Assembly (NCBI RefSeq): GCF_009834535.1
Contig: NC_045697.1
Coordinates: 37,822,001-37,886,000 of the forward strand
DNA length: 64,000 nt
Source: Camelus ferus
Taxonomy: Eukaryota
Reading direction: 5' to 3'
The position numbers and the translations under genes are program-made. The notes beneath the pieces were generated by a model that saw only the letters and a list, made by a program, of their open reading frames with translations, did no database searches and was not told the origin of the DNA. This document shows positions 12,376-24,236 of this stretch, piece after piece; the first letter of the stretch is position 1; each line of letters opens with the position of its first letter.

Positions 12376-13024
12376 AAATTGGAAATGGGAAGTTGGAGGA
12401 TGATGTGCCAGTGTGCCATCAACACAGTTCAGACTATGTGAGTTCTGATCCTAGTCGACTGATCCCTATTTGATATTAACAGTAGGGGTAATAAAGTAGC
12501 AATCATAGTGATAAAAATACAATAATCATAAAGTACTTTATAACAACCTAGGCAGATGATCGCCCTGTTAATTGACTGGACCTGGTATGTGTCTCAATAT
12601 AAATCAATTAGCTGGAATTTGGGTTTATAAATTAGTTTCGTGTGAATTTAGTTGACACGAATCAATCCCCCTTCGTCAGTTCACTCATGGGTGCAAAGTA
12701 AATCAAATTTCTGAACTTGTAAAATTAAAATACCCATATGGTTGCACTTGTGATTCTCTTATCATGACCCCTCAAGTCTGACAAAGACATAAGATAATTA
12801 CATAAAATAATGACATTCTCTTCTCAAAAAAATTAGATTCATAAATAGATTATCTCCATTTTTAAAATGTGTATCTCTATAATTTTTTCTTAAAATGTTG
12901 GTATTATCACCTATGTGATAACAAATAATAGCAGCTAGCAAAATAAATAATAAAAGAACAAATAAATATTAATAAATAATACTTAGTTCAACAGCTCACT
13001 GTTATTTTTTCACAGACAATAGTG

Positions 13025-13478
13025 TTTTAGGTCCTGCATCATTTTGGGCCCTCCAGGAAATAGAACTTCCAGGAAATAGAATTAGAAACACAAGAGATTT
13101 AGTAGGGGAAATGCTGATGAAGGACAAAGGGGAGTGGGGACAAGAGCAGCACAGGAGTGACCTCAGACCATGTTTTTAGAGAGGGAGGGAAGGAAGACTT
13201 GGCACAAGAGCCTCAGATCACAATGACCTCTGTGAAGGTCTCAGCCGACTTATGGGGAGCTGCACAGAGACGACTACCTACTGAAAAGTTTCATGTTGAA
13301 CAAAAATGGCCCAGCTTCAGTACCTCCATCACGCCCAGTTATCAGCCAGGGAGAGCAGGACCTCAGTGTGAAGGCCAGAGCAGGCCCCAGAGGTACAGCA
13401 GCTGCCAGCTCACCCTCTCCCGCAGCAGGCTGTCTCCTGAAGGGAACGTTGAGCGGCGTACTTGGGTGGTTGCTACAG
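13025..13478 (-). mobile_element. ERVL LTR16-like solo LTR
   Basis: CAAGAGATTTAGTAGGGGAAATGC...GAGCCTCAGA...GTCTCAGCCGAC...; ends GTTGCTACA. Explains ORFs 13157-13505. Confidence 0.65.
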
Positions 13479-13679
13479 GTTGATTTTTTAATTTCATACA
13501 TGTAGTTTACTTTCTTTTACTACAATTGTTCTTCGTTCTCGTGTTGGAATTAAATACACCATACTATCCCCATGTCCCCAAAAGTGCATAATATTCCTAA
13601 CTGCAGTCTACAGCGACTATGATTTCAAGGTGTGGTACCACCTTAACAACTTTGAGAACCATTTCCGATTTGAAGCTGG

Positions 13680-14100
13680 AAGGTTTGGACACAAATCATA
13701 GCATCATCACTTTCTACCTACATTGTCTTGAGCAAGACACCAGACCTTACTGAACCTAGTTCCTTATCTCTAAAATAGGGATATCCATGCCTTACTCCAG
13801 AGGATTGTTTTAATGGTTAAATACGATAACATATGTGAACCCTCCTGGCATATAAAAAGTGCTCAATAAATGTTTGTTTTTAGAATGGAAAACAACAATC
13901 CTAACAGGTACTATTGCATATAGCTTGTCAGCATCACCTTACCTTTCCTGGACAAGTTACCTAACTCTAGAAGCCTCAGTTTCCTCATCCACAAAGTAGA
14001 ATAATAGCTCTCCCTATGGCACTGAGTTACTGAAGTGATTAGATGAGATATCACAACACCTGACACACAAGAAGACCTTAGCAAATGTCACCGATTAGGA
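13680..14100 (+). mobile_element. Two tandem MIR SINEs
   Basis: TAAAATAGGGATA...GTGCTCAATAAATGTTTG; GGACAAGTTACCTAACTCTAGAAGCCTCAGTTTCCTCATC. Confidence 0.75.
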
Positions 14101-14289
14101 TTATTTACTGTAAGCACATTAGTTCATTATAATTTTGAAGTTCAGAGAAATTAGGTTTATTATATTATAACTATATGACAATCTTAGTTTCATAGGAACT
14201 AACAGTATCTCCATTGTTATTCTCAGACTTGACATCTCCTTTGAGTTAAGTGCACACAAACACCTCTAGGGTCAAGAGTTTCACAGACT

Positions 14290-14426
14290 GGTTGAATCCA
14301 GAGATTGGAGGGCTGACTATAGTCACTGTACGATGCCATTTTCTGTAAGGGCCTAGAGCATCCAAGGATTTTGGTTTCCACAGAACTCCTGTAACCAATC
14401 CCCTGCAGATATCAAGGGACACTGTA
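14290..14426. mobile_element. Tigger/MER2-group DNA transposon terminal fragment
   Basis: GAGCATCCAAGGATTTTGGTTTCC...AACCAATCCCCTGCAGATATCAAGGGACACTG followed by TA. Confidence 0.7.
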
Positions 14427-14537
14427 ATTGACAAAGATGACCCAGTACCGTATGATAATTACTAGACAGGTAACAAGCAGCTTTACTTCTTGACCATCGG
14501 TTTTCAAATTTGCTCCTCTGACAGAAAGACATGCTTG

Positions 14538-14692
14538 GGTGGGGAGGGTATATCTCAGTGGTAGAGCACGTGCTTAGCATGCACAAGGTCCTGAGTTCAA
14601 TCCCTAATATTTCTGTTTAAATAAATAAGTAAACCTAATTACCTGCCCCCCCCCCACTAAAAAGCACTAACAGAAAAGTGTTTTAAAAAAAA
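14538..14692 (+). mobile_element. tRNA-derived SINE (camelid Vic-1-like) with target-site duplication
   Basis: A box TATCTCAGTGGTAGAG, B box GAGTTCAATCC, AT-rich body, C-run and A-tail; TSD AAAGACATGCTTG (14525-14537) vs AAAGACGTGTTTG (14693-14705). Confidence 0.88.
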
Positions 14693-14789
14693 AAAGACGT
14701 GTTTGGTTTTTTCCACAAAGATTTTGACATCTGTTCATCATGGGTTATTATTATCACCATTAAAAATAGTAACAATGATATATTTTTAC

Positions 14790-14840
14790 CTGAAAGTTTC
14801 CATCTCTTCTAGGTATTTTTCCTTAGTTTTGGAGCTTGGG
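14790..14840 (-). other. Candidate internal exon (51 nt, phase 2-2, PSSKTKEKYLEEMETF)
   Basis: Acceptor tttacattttaaatctccag, donor CAG|gtaaaa; purine-rich; only one frame is open. Confidence 0.22.
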
Positions 14841-17102
14841 CTGGAGATTTAAAATGTAAATTGGATTAGTTTTCCCTTCTGTTCATCTACCAGTTTATCA
14901 CTTGAAACTTCAGAGAGTTAGGGACAGGGGAGTATTGGGAGGCGAGGAGCAGAGCGGTTAAAAATAAGACTATAAAGATACATATTCTATAATCACTTGA
15001 AAGTAGGATGAGGGCAGAACAGGAAATAGTAATGGAAGTTCCCAAGCCAGAACTACAAACTTTCACCTTGACCACTGAGGATTGGAAAACGAAAGATGGT
15101 TATAGATAAGCCAAGCTTTTTTCCCATGCCTTTCAGATTGACAGTTCCAGACCTCACAAGGCTAGTAGACCAGACGAGGCTACTCCCTAGACTCTGGGTG
15201 GGAAGCCTTTCTTTCAAAATTGAAAGAGGGAAAAAAAAAAAAAGAAGGAAATCTCATTATGTTCAGTCTTTAAGCTCTTGAGTAAAATTGTCACTCGAAC
15301 GTGCTTGTTCCTGATAAGGAAATCGATTTGCCTAGAGGTGCGCTAAGATCTAAGTTTCTCCTCCTAGAGCCAGTAAGCAGTCACCCCTTAATGAGCAATG
15401 ATTTTCCATACTAATCAACAGAACATAATTACAGCAACTAAATCAAACACAAGCCTTTTATTAAATTAGTTATTGATTCAAAAATCTATTACTAAAAATC
15501 TAGATTTTCAAATTTTTATTCAAAATGTTTAATTTTCCACCACCACAGATCACCAAGAATTCAAAAACATTGGTCATCTTTCACAAACATTTAACTGAAT
15601 TATATCACTAGCAAGCACAGATAATTTTTCATGAACTTAGAGTCGGGTCTGTTTTTATTCCTGGCCACAGTCCATGAAGCTGAATTTAGCTGACCCTCTC
15701 TCTCAGATATGAAGGCAACTCACTAGGTAAGAAAAATGGGTTTTGTCTCCAGACATAAGAAGGAGAAAGAAAGCGGCTGGAACTACAGGGGCTGATGCAA
15801 TTGTAAAAACACAAACAAAACTCTTGATAGAAGTTAACTTGATGAGCAGAAGAAGCCACAGATGGTTTGAGTGATTGCCAGGCTTATCAATCTTTCATTC
15901 TATTTTCAGGCATTTACTGTGTGCCTACTATATGCTGAGCTCATCTGGAGCTGAGCAGGCTTAACACACTGCAGAGTTACAGGCAACCCAAAGAACGATC
16001 ACACAAGTAATCAGTGTGGTGCTGATAACAAGTCTGATTCATAATAACTGCTCCCTGCCTACGAGAAAGGGATTTTTCTGCTGTAAAGTGAACTCAGAAT
16101 ATAGATCATTTTCCCCCGACATCTCAGATAATAAAATTTACTTCAAGATTTCTATGGTTTAGATTTCTTTCAGGTACAGAGTGAAGACCTAAACCCAGTA
16201 TTTTTGTATTAAGGCCAAAAAAAAAAAAAAGCTAAATGAAATATCAATATTTCTCCCTATCTACCTTACTCTTCCATGCAGATTCCTACTGTACAGAAAA
16301 TTCAGTATAAATCACTTGACCCTCTCTTCTAAAATATGTCCTGATTGGGAGAAAAAAAAGCAAATATCATGAGCAGTGGCTTAGGTATATGTATACAGTA
16401 TGCTGCTCAGAGAGCTAAGGTTTTAATGTGATTTTGTCATTGAAGCTTGGAATCTAAACTATGAGGATGGGAGGAGGCAGGATTCATGATGGTCATGGTG
16501 TACCCCAGGTCCCAGCATGAACATAATCACAGGAGTTGTTAAGGTCATAGAAAATGTTTGCTATTCTGGAAACTTTTGTTCTTCCTGGCATTTCCACAAA
16601 CCCCAGTATATGTTCAGTTCCCTTTTATAGAAACAGCATAATGCTCTTAGCCACAAGTCATTAAAAGACCACAGAGGACAATTTTAGTGTCAGTTTTCAT
16701 TCTCATCCCAATGACCCTCAGTCTTGTCATCTTTATTAAAACATCAATCACCCACTCAATTCCCTCTGCCCTTCCGATGAGGAAAAGCAATTCCCTAGAG
16801 GAAACAGAAGGAAAAACAAAACCGATGGGGCATTTGAAGAAGAGATGAGATCAAAATGGGTGAACAGAAGGTTCATATTCCCTCAACCCAAGAAATAATC
16901 AGGCCAACTAGGAAAATCCACCCTTCAGTTAAAATCTGTGGCAAAATGGAACAAGGCAGCTTTGCCACAAAGCATGCACGACTGGCTTCCACAAGACCTG
17001 GTAGGTTAGGATTGGTAGAAGAGAGACTAAAAATTAAAGAAAAATGTTAATAAATGATTGTGTTTGGGAAAACTTTGTTCCATTCCATAAAACCAGTCAT
17101 TG

Positions 17103-17330
17103 TAATAATTACTATCATAGCTAACATTTAGTCAGTGCTTAGTAAATGCCAGGTACCACATTAAGCCCTTTACACAGGTCATCATATTTAATCCTCACAA
17201 AAATCCTATGAGGAATGTACTATCAGTATGTCCATTTGATGTATGAGCACAGTGATACACACAGAAATGAAGGAACTTGCACAAGGTCAAGAAGCTAGTA
17301 AGTTCCAGATTCTAACTCCCAAACCCCAAT
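17103..17330 (-). mobile_element. MIR SINE
   Basis: ATAGCTAACATTTAGTCAGTGCTT...CATATTTAATCCTCACAAAAATCCTATGAGG...AACTTGCACAAGGTCA. Confidence 0.85.
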
Positions 17331-17370
17331 AGTCAACTCTAGCCTAGAAGCCTGGCCTCTTCCCAGAGGA

Positions 17371-17945
17371 ATTAGTCCAGTTATTTATTGCTATGTAATA
17401 AACCACTCCAAAACATAATGGCTTAAAACTCTAATTTATTCTTCACCCTCATGGTTCTGTGGGTTGAGTGAGCTCAGTGAGGCAGATATTGATTAAGGTC
17501 TCTCACATAGTTACAGTCATAGACGATGGCTGGGTTAAAAGGTATCTGACTGGGCTGGTCATTTAGATGACGAGGCTGGGCTGGATATCCAAGATGGTGC
17601 ACTCACATGGCTGCCAGGTGATGCTAGTGGTCAGCTGGGAGCCCAGGTAGGGCTACTAATCAGAGCACCAATACATGACTATTCATGTAACTTGGGCTTC
17701 TCAAGGCAGCTGGGTTCCAAAAGGGAGAGTTTGGAAAAGGGAGCATCCAAAGAACAAGCATTCCAAAAGAGCCAAGCAGAGGCTGCCAAGTTTCATACTA
17801 CCTAGACTCAAAGTTCTGCAGCACCACTGCCACCAAATTCTACTGGTCAACAGTGAGTACCAGACACAGTTAAATGCAAGAGGAGAATACTATAAAGGGT
17901 ACAAATTCTAAGAGGCTTTGGGTTGATCTTTGGAGACTAACTACT
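17371..17945 (-). mobile_element. MaLR MLT1 (MLT1G/H-like) LTR
   Basis: ATTGCTATGTAATAAACCACTCCAAAACATAATGGCTTAAAAC...TCCAAGATGG...CACTCACATGGCTG. Confidence 0.85.
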
Positions 17946-19725
17946 CTTATAGTTCATTTTATAAAGAAAAAAGCCAAAGAGGAATTAAATCAATTACTAA
18001 GAACTTCAGCAGATCAGCAGCCTCAAAGCTCTAGCTCCTGGGAATCTTCCCCGGTCCACTCTGCTCAGTAGTGGGGCCTTTGCCCAGCAAGGTCCTGTAT
18101 CCAGGAATATACAGTCCTAATAGTTCTATACCTAGGCAGGAAGACAATATGAGGAAGGTATAGGAAGGAGCGAAAAGGCATAGAACAAAGATTATTTTCA
18201 TTGCACAGTACCTGTCTCAGATTAGATATACAGTAATACCTGCTGGGTGGATGGGTTGGTAGGTGGGTGAGTGGGGGGCTGGATGGATGGATTGATAGAC
18301 AGACAGCTGGACAGGTTTTAGTTGCAAATCTTTTTCTTCCGGCAGGTGTCAGAAGATGGAATCTCACTTCCACCTTAGGAAGCTCTAGCCCTTCCATACT
18401 CCTTAAACAGAGAGAGCAGTAGACCATCTCTTTCCTCCCTGCAAATGCTCTTTCAACCTCAGTTTGTTCTCTCAACATGTATTTTCCTCTTTCTTCCTTC
18501 ATCTGCCACAGAATACTTAAAAGGAGAGGCCAACAGCCAAGGGAGATAATTGTGGGCTCTTAGTCTATGAAGAGGGCCTTCCTTTCCTCTTTAATTCCAA
18601 GAATATGGTCCTGTCCTCCAGTTCCTACATCTAGCGTCAGCCTAGTGTCAAGACTCCAGGAGTCTTCCCCCAGCTTGCTGCTCTCCTGTCAGAGGAGGCT
18701 GAGTGGGGCTTTTCCCGCTGCCCTGGAATAGGGACTAGGGTTCATGGCTGAGGACAAAAAGGACCTAAATACACCATACGCTACAGTGAGCCAGGACAAA
18801 GGGCTTTCTGAAAATCACCAGAACTATCAATTTTTTACTACCATCACTGCCACCCCAACCACCCCCCACCCTACATGCACAAAACCATTTTCAATGTAAT
18901 CTAAGAAGGAAAGAGGGGGGATACAGGGTTGGAATTGAGGGCTACCAACCTCATGGGTCCTTGGTGAGAGACATTTTTATACAAGACTGAGAGGTGTGCT
19001 TCCCCACTCCTCATAAAGCCAAGAGATAGGCAAAGTTGCAGGATAATCACTTTTAAAGACTAAGGGTAAATGAAAAAGAAGAAACTGATAGATGCCCTTG
19101 ATAGATGCTCATTGAGCTGTACAATCTTAAGTTCCATACTGAGGTTGCCATCCAAGTGGAGTGATGTCTCCTGAGAGAGCTTGATATGTTCTAGAGTTTG
19201 AAGACATCCATGAAGGTACACCCTGGTGTCTGATGCCCTTCTGGAGATTTGTGAAAGCAAAGTCCTTGCTAGGTAGTTCTGGGAAGAAGACGGAGACAAG
19301 AACCTATCACAAGAGTACTCTGGTAGCTCATGGCTACTACATGGGACATGGAGTTAGAGGGAGGAGCAGGATTTGGTAGCTCAGGGGACTTTCAGTAAAG
19401 GAACATGAACCCCCACTCACCCTAGGGCTACTCCTTCCCCTGAGAAAGTGCTGGTGGCATGGACCACTGCTGGGAGCAAAGGAAGGCACAGCTACCCTCT
19501 CTAAGGTGGTCCTCAACAATAGAATGGTCCAGAAGATGACAACATCCTTAAATCTCCAAACACATCGTCTTTTACAAAGACTACCACCCAGTAGCAGAAG
19601 GATCCAGATGAACCCAGATCCAATGAAAGGACAAGCAGTGATTCCTTCCCATCACTGACTCAGGCCCAGAAATCTAAGATCCTGCTCCTCCATCCCTCCT
19701 CCCTGGCCCCAATCCAAGAAGGTTC

Positions 19726-19929
19726 CAGTGGCTCTCAACCAGGGCAGAATGGCTGCTGTAGGAGGTGTTTGGAAAAATGTTGTGTGTCATAAAAACTGAA
19801 GGGTGCTATGGGAATTTGTGTGGGGATGGAGGTGGGGAATGTTCATAGTCTGCAATGTACAGAACTGGTCTCCCCTAAGAACTGTCCCACCCAAAATGAC
19901 AATAGGATGCCCCATGGAGAAACACCCTG
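19726..19929. mobile_element. hAT-Charlie MER20B-like element
   Basis: CAGTGGCTCTCAACCAGGG ... AAGAACTGTCCCACCCAAAATG...GAGAAACACCCTG. Confidence 0.7.
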
Positions 19930-20329
19930 GTAGACCCAGGAGAGGAAGGAGGTGAGTATCTCAGGGTAGACTGTTTCTCCTCATCCCTGACTTCTGGCTA
20001 CCTTGCCTATCACCTCTTCTCTATTCCAAGGTGCTGGATTTGTGGAAACACGAAAAGTCAGTTTATATGCTCCTGCCCTAGATCTCCCAGGGCTCAGGTT
20101 AAACCTGTGGTTTGGAAGAGGGAGGACATTAGATTTAAATTGTCTGAGATGGACACTTTAAACCACAATACACTAAAATTTTCGTAACTGAAAGAGAGCA
20201 GAAAGTTAGGGAATCTGCCAAAGATGTTAAAGGGTGGGAAATGGGAATTCAGCTGTACGTTATAGAAATCAATAATTGGAAGAAACACAAACATTCCGTG
20301 TTTATGCCCTGCTTAGTTAAAACTCCTCA

Positions 20330-20660
20330 GCCACCGCCCCCATAAAGGGGGGTGGGGTCAGAGTTTTCAAACACGCAAAGGAAGGAAGGTCACAGAGAAT
20401 GTTTCTGTCTGCCTTACTGACCACTGCAGATAAGCAGCTGCTGCTCACCCTGCTTGGAACTTTACATCCTGTTTCCGCCAAGGGCTCTGGGTGGAGCCCA
20501 GGGTTGCCATCGAGGGCCGTGGCAATTGGATGGAAAGCGGGTCGGAAGCCTGGTAGGGGTGCCTGCCCAGGGACACAGATGCTGCACTCCTGCTATGGTA
20601 ACAATGGCTAAGTAATCATCATGAGATGGGCTTTCCTCTCCCCATGCCATGGCAGGTGCT
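20330..20660. promoter_or_regulatory. Promoter/enhancer-like patch with RFX X-box-like, ETS, GC-box, CCAAT and GATA/E-box motifs
   Basis: GTTGCCAT 20503-20510, CCTGCTATGGTAAC 20589-20602, TGCCATGGCA 20645-20654, CGGAAG 20543-20548, CCGCCC ~20334, AGATAAGCAGCTG 20428-20440; local GC/CpG rise in non-repeat DNA. Confidence 0.4.
20449..20510 (-). other. Candidate coding part of a first exon (MATLGSTQSPWRKQDVKFQAG)
   Basis: ATG at 20510 overlaps the X-box half-site; donor AGG|gtgagc, phase 2; protein not recognised. Confidence 0.18.
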
Positions 20661-21083
20661 TGATAGCAGAGCCCACTGCCAAATGACCCGAGAGGGAAAA
20701 TGCCCAGGTCAGGGCAAGCTGGGCTGGGATGAGGAGGCCTGGGGAGCACGCACCTCTGATACAGATGCAGTTCACTCTGTTGGAGCTGTCTCGGCTCACA
20801 CAATGTCCAGCTCGAATCCCATCTTGCCTTGGGATTCTTCCTAACTCCCTTCCTCTCAGTCCTTTTCACCCACACTTGGAGAAACAAAGAATTGGAAAGT
20901 GCCCCTATTAATATCACATCAAAAATACCTCACCTAATAAAAAATGCTAGTTGGTATAGACTTTCACAGGACAATTTAGCAATACCTATTAAATTTTAGT
21001 TGTGCTCACCCTCGGACCCAGTGCTTCTTGTAGGTATTTACCCTGTGGGCATGTCATTCCTCATGCTTAGAGCCCTAGACCTC

Positions 21084-21089
21084 TGTGTG

Positions 21090-21142
<53 letters not shown>
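21084..21142 (+). repeat. (TG)~29 microsatellite with one TT interruption
   Basis: Read directly. Confidence 0.97.
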
Positions 21143-21146
<4 letters not shown>

Positions 21147-21924
21147 TAATTATATCTTTCCTGCTGTTTAAGAAAAAATGTTATAAAATTTTTCAGCACA
21201 CTATTGGAGGTAAAATGTGGCATGCTCTCTGTGCCTCATTGCGCTCTGAGCCGCATCATTCTTACCTTATTTTATTCTATTGTGCCTCCCTTTCCCTACC
21301 ATATCCTCACTTGTCTCCTGCCCTACTCTAATGTTTATAGGAAATGTCCTTGCATCTGTATGTATTATTGAAAGATAATGTTTATCTATATGTTCTTATT
21401 TTTCATATTGCAAATGGTATTGCATAAATTATTCACTTTCTTCCTTTTTTCATTTTGTTTTTAAGTCCTTGTTAAACCCTGCCGTCCAGTAAGTGTTCTA
21501 GACCAGATGTCCACCTTGGTTTACTTATCCATTCTCATTGTGATAGACAAGTCCCTCCCAACTCCCTACCACCAAAAACGATTGCCCAAAAAACCCCAAC
21601 CAAAGCAAACCAAACCAAACAAAAACTCCTATGTAGTCCTTTACAGGCCTGTGCGAGAGTCCCTCTGGGGCATACGACTAGAAAAGGGATTTGTGTGTAA
21701 TAGGGAAAATGCTTTCTTCTCAGTTTCACTAAGGAGCACCAGATTGCCTTCTAGAAAGGCTGCACCCACTCACATTCACATCAGCAGCACGTAAAGGTTT
21801 CTCTTTCCCCACGTGAAATTATCTGACCAAATAGGCTACCAATGTAGAATTATTAAGCCTTGCCACTTTTGTTCATTTTAATGTTCTAAAGAGGTATCTC
21901 ACTGCTTAATTTGCAGTTCTTATT

Positions 21925-22060
21925 TCAACAAGATTCCTGCTCCTTTATATGTGATCTGCTTTTTCTTTCTGGAAGACCTGAGAATTTTTTTATCTTTGTC
22001 TTTGAGGATCTTTATTTTCATCATAACATACCTAATTGCTGGGTGTCCTGTTCTCAAAGA
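21925..22060 (-). mobile_element. L1/HAL1 ORF1 relic
   Basis: Translation KDKDKKILRSSRKKKQITYKG resembles the L1 ORF1p motif KDKEKILKAAREKKQITYKG. Confidence 0.7.
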
Positions 22061-22409
22061 TCTGGAAGAATAAGTGGCCAAGACTACCCATACGTTTCTA
22101 ATAGTGAACAGATCTGAGAAGGCATTCATCTTCCATTCAAATCGACTGCATAATGCTGAAATCCCTTGAACAAAATCTTTGTCCAGCATGATTCCAGTCT
22201 TGGTTTGGTACGTCCAGTTGCTCACTCTGAGAATTCTCACCATAGTGATGGGCACTTCAGATTGTTGTTCCCATCTTCCTTATGCTGAGTTCACATACTT
22301 GTCCTCGGTGCAGCAGCTGGCACACAGTAGGTCTCCATAAGTAAGTGCTTCCTTCCCTTCCTATTTGCCTGTCCACTGTCATGGGCTACAAATCCCCCAG
22401 CAACCCTTT

Positions 22410-22800
22410 ACATATCTGAAAACAGCCTTCACGTCTCTCTCAGTGTCCTCTTCCTCCAGCTGGACATCTGCTGCCCTCAATACACCTCACACATCTGACT
22501 TTTTAAGCCACTAAACCTCCTGTTGGTTCTTTCAGCAAACACGCTGATTTGAAAGACCCGTAACATGGCTTGAAACCTGGTAACAAAAAACGGGACCTCT
22601 AAGTAATTCTAAACAGAACAAAGCACAGTAGGTCCACGCTCTCCTATGATCTCCCCCCCGTAACTCTACCTCACAAACTAAGGACACTGTCCCTTCTTAA
22701 TAGCAGCAGCTGTCCAGCTCAAACCCCCAGGCCTTTTCACATGAATGGTGGTTTATACCTGTGGAATTTATCCTGGGGACTGCTTGAACGGTTCAGAGAG
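22410..22800 (-). mobile_element. L3/CR1 LINE fragment
   Basis: TGAAAACAGC...CTCTTCCTCCAGCTGGACATC...AAACCCCCAGGCCTTTTCACATGAA resembles antisense L3. Confidence 0.55.
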
Positions 22801-22914
22801 CAAACTGAAATCAAAATCTGTGACTCAACCTGCCCTTCAAGTGCTCTCCTCCAATTTAATTAATTTATCTTCTGATTTTTCTCCCTTCTCTCCTCCTTTT
22901 AGCCACTATATGGC

Positions 22915-23130
22915 TGTAGAACTAGATAGACGAGGGTTCAAATCCTGCCCCTGCCTCTTCCTAAATCTGCAGCCTTAGGAAAATGATTTATTCTCTCTGA
23001 ATTTTTGTCACTTTGACTGTTTTGGAAATAAGAACCTTTTCTTCATAGTGTGAAGTGGTATCAAGATTAAATCTTGAGATCTAACATTATACAACATCCA
23101 ACACATAGAAGCCTCTCAGCATGCTAGTTC
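22915..23130 (+). mobile_element. MIR SINE
   Basis: GGGTTCAAATCCTGCCCCTGCC...CCTTAGGAAAATGATTTATTCTCTCTGAA. Confidence 0.7.
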
Positions 23131-23747
23131 TTCTCCACTCTCCTCACCTTTCCTGCCTGGATCTCAAAAGGGAAAAGAAAGCATCCAATTCCGCCCAGAT
23201 ACGTAGTCTAGACTCCTGATTCCCACCACAAAACCTCCCCATCTGCTTCCATATTTCCTCACCTCTGTGCTCTCCAGTACAAGACACATTAACTGACCCC
23301 AGATGGTGCAGGAAGAAGTCACAGTGGATCAAGGTGTTCCTCTTCCAGGCAACATGTGCAGCTTCACAGAAGTTTCCCAGATTCTCAATGCCTTAATGCT
23401 TTTAGGATCAAAGTCAGAGTGCAGGGTACAAAGTCGGGCAGACAGGATTCTCCCCACCTCGGGGGTTTGATGTTGGCACAGCATGGCTGTGATATGACTC
23501 AGTGGGAGATGGCAGAGATGAGGGTACTCGACTGAGAAGCCACGCTAGTCCGGCAGCCACCACGGAGGTTTGAGGAGCTCTGCACAGCTCAGAGGAGCCC
23601 AGAGCTCTCATGTCAGATACTACTGCTCAGAGGTCCAGCCACGTGTTTGCAATCACACACGAGGTCGCCCTGAACATTGTCAGAAACTGCTGAGGGGAAG
23701 ATGGAGGGCTGCAGCAAATAGGTTTTTTTTAATGTATTATCCTTCTT

Positions 23748-24201
23748 ATTTTTATTTTTTTACTGAACTATAGTTGGTTTACAATGTTTCAGATGTACAG
23801 CAAAGTGATTCAGTTATATATAGAGATACTATATATATACTTTTTCAGATTATTTTCCATTATATGTTACTATAAGAAATTGAATATAGTTCCCTGTGCT
23901 ATACAGTAGGTCCTTGTTTGTCTATTTTATATATAGTAGTGTGTATATGCTAATTCCAAATTCCTAATTTATCCCACCACCCCCCATCACCCTTTCCCCT
24001 TTGGTAACCATAAGTTTGTTTTCTATGTTGGTGAGTCTATTTCAGGTGTGTCAATAAGTTCATTTGTATCATTTTTTTTAGATTCCACATATAAGTGATA
24101 CCATATGATATTTGGTTTTCTCTGTCTCACATACTTCACTTAGCATGAATGTTGCTGTAAATGGCATTATTTCATACTTTTATATGGTCTAGTTATATTC
24201 C

Positions 24202-24236
<35 letters not shown>

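Noticed and set aside
12631..12666. Imperfect hairpin TTCGTGT...ACACGAA as a miRNA or MITE
   Set aside because: The arms are too short and do not extend
14538..14612. tRNA gene
   Set aside because: The acceptor stem does not pair, and the sequence continues into a SINE body with A-tail and TSD
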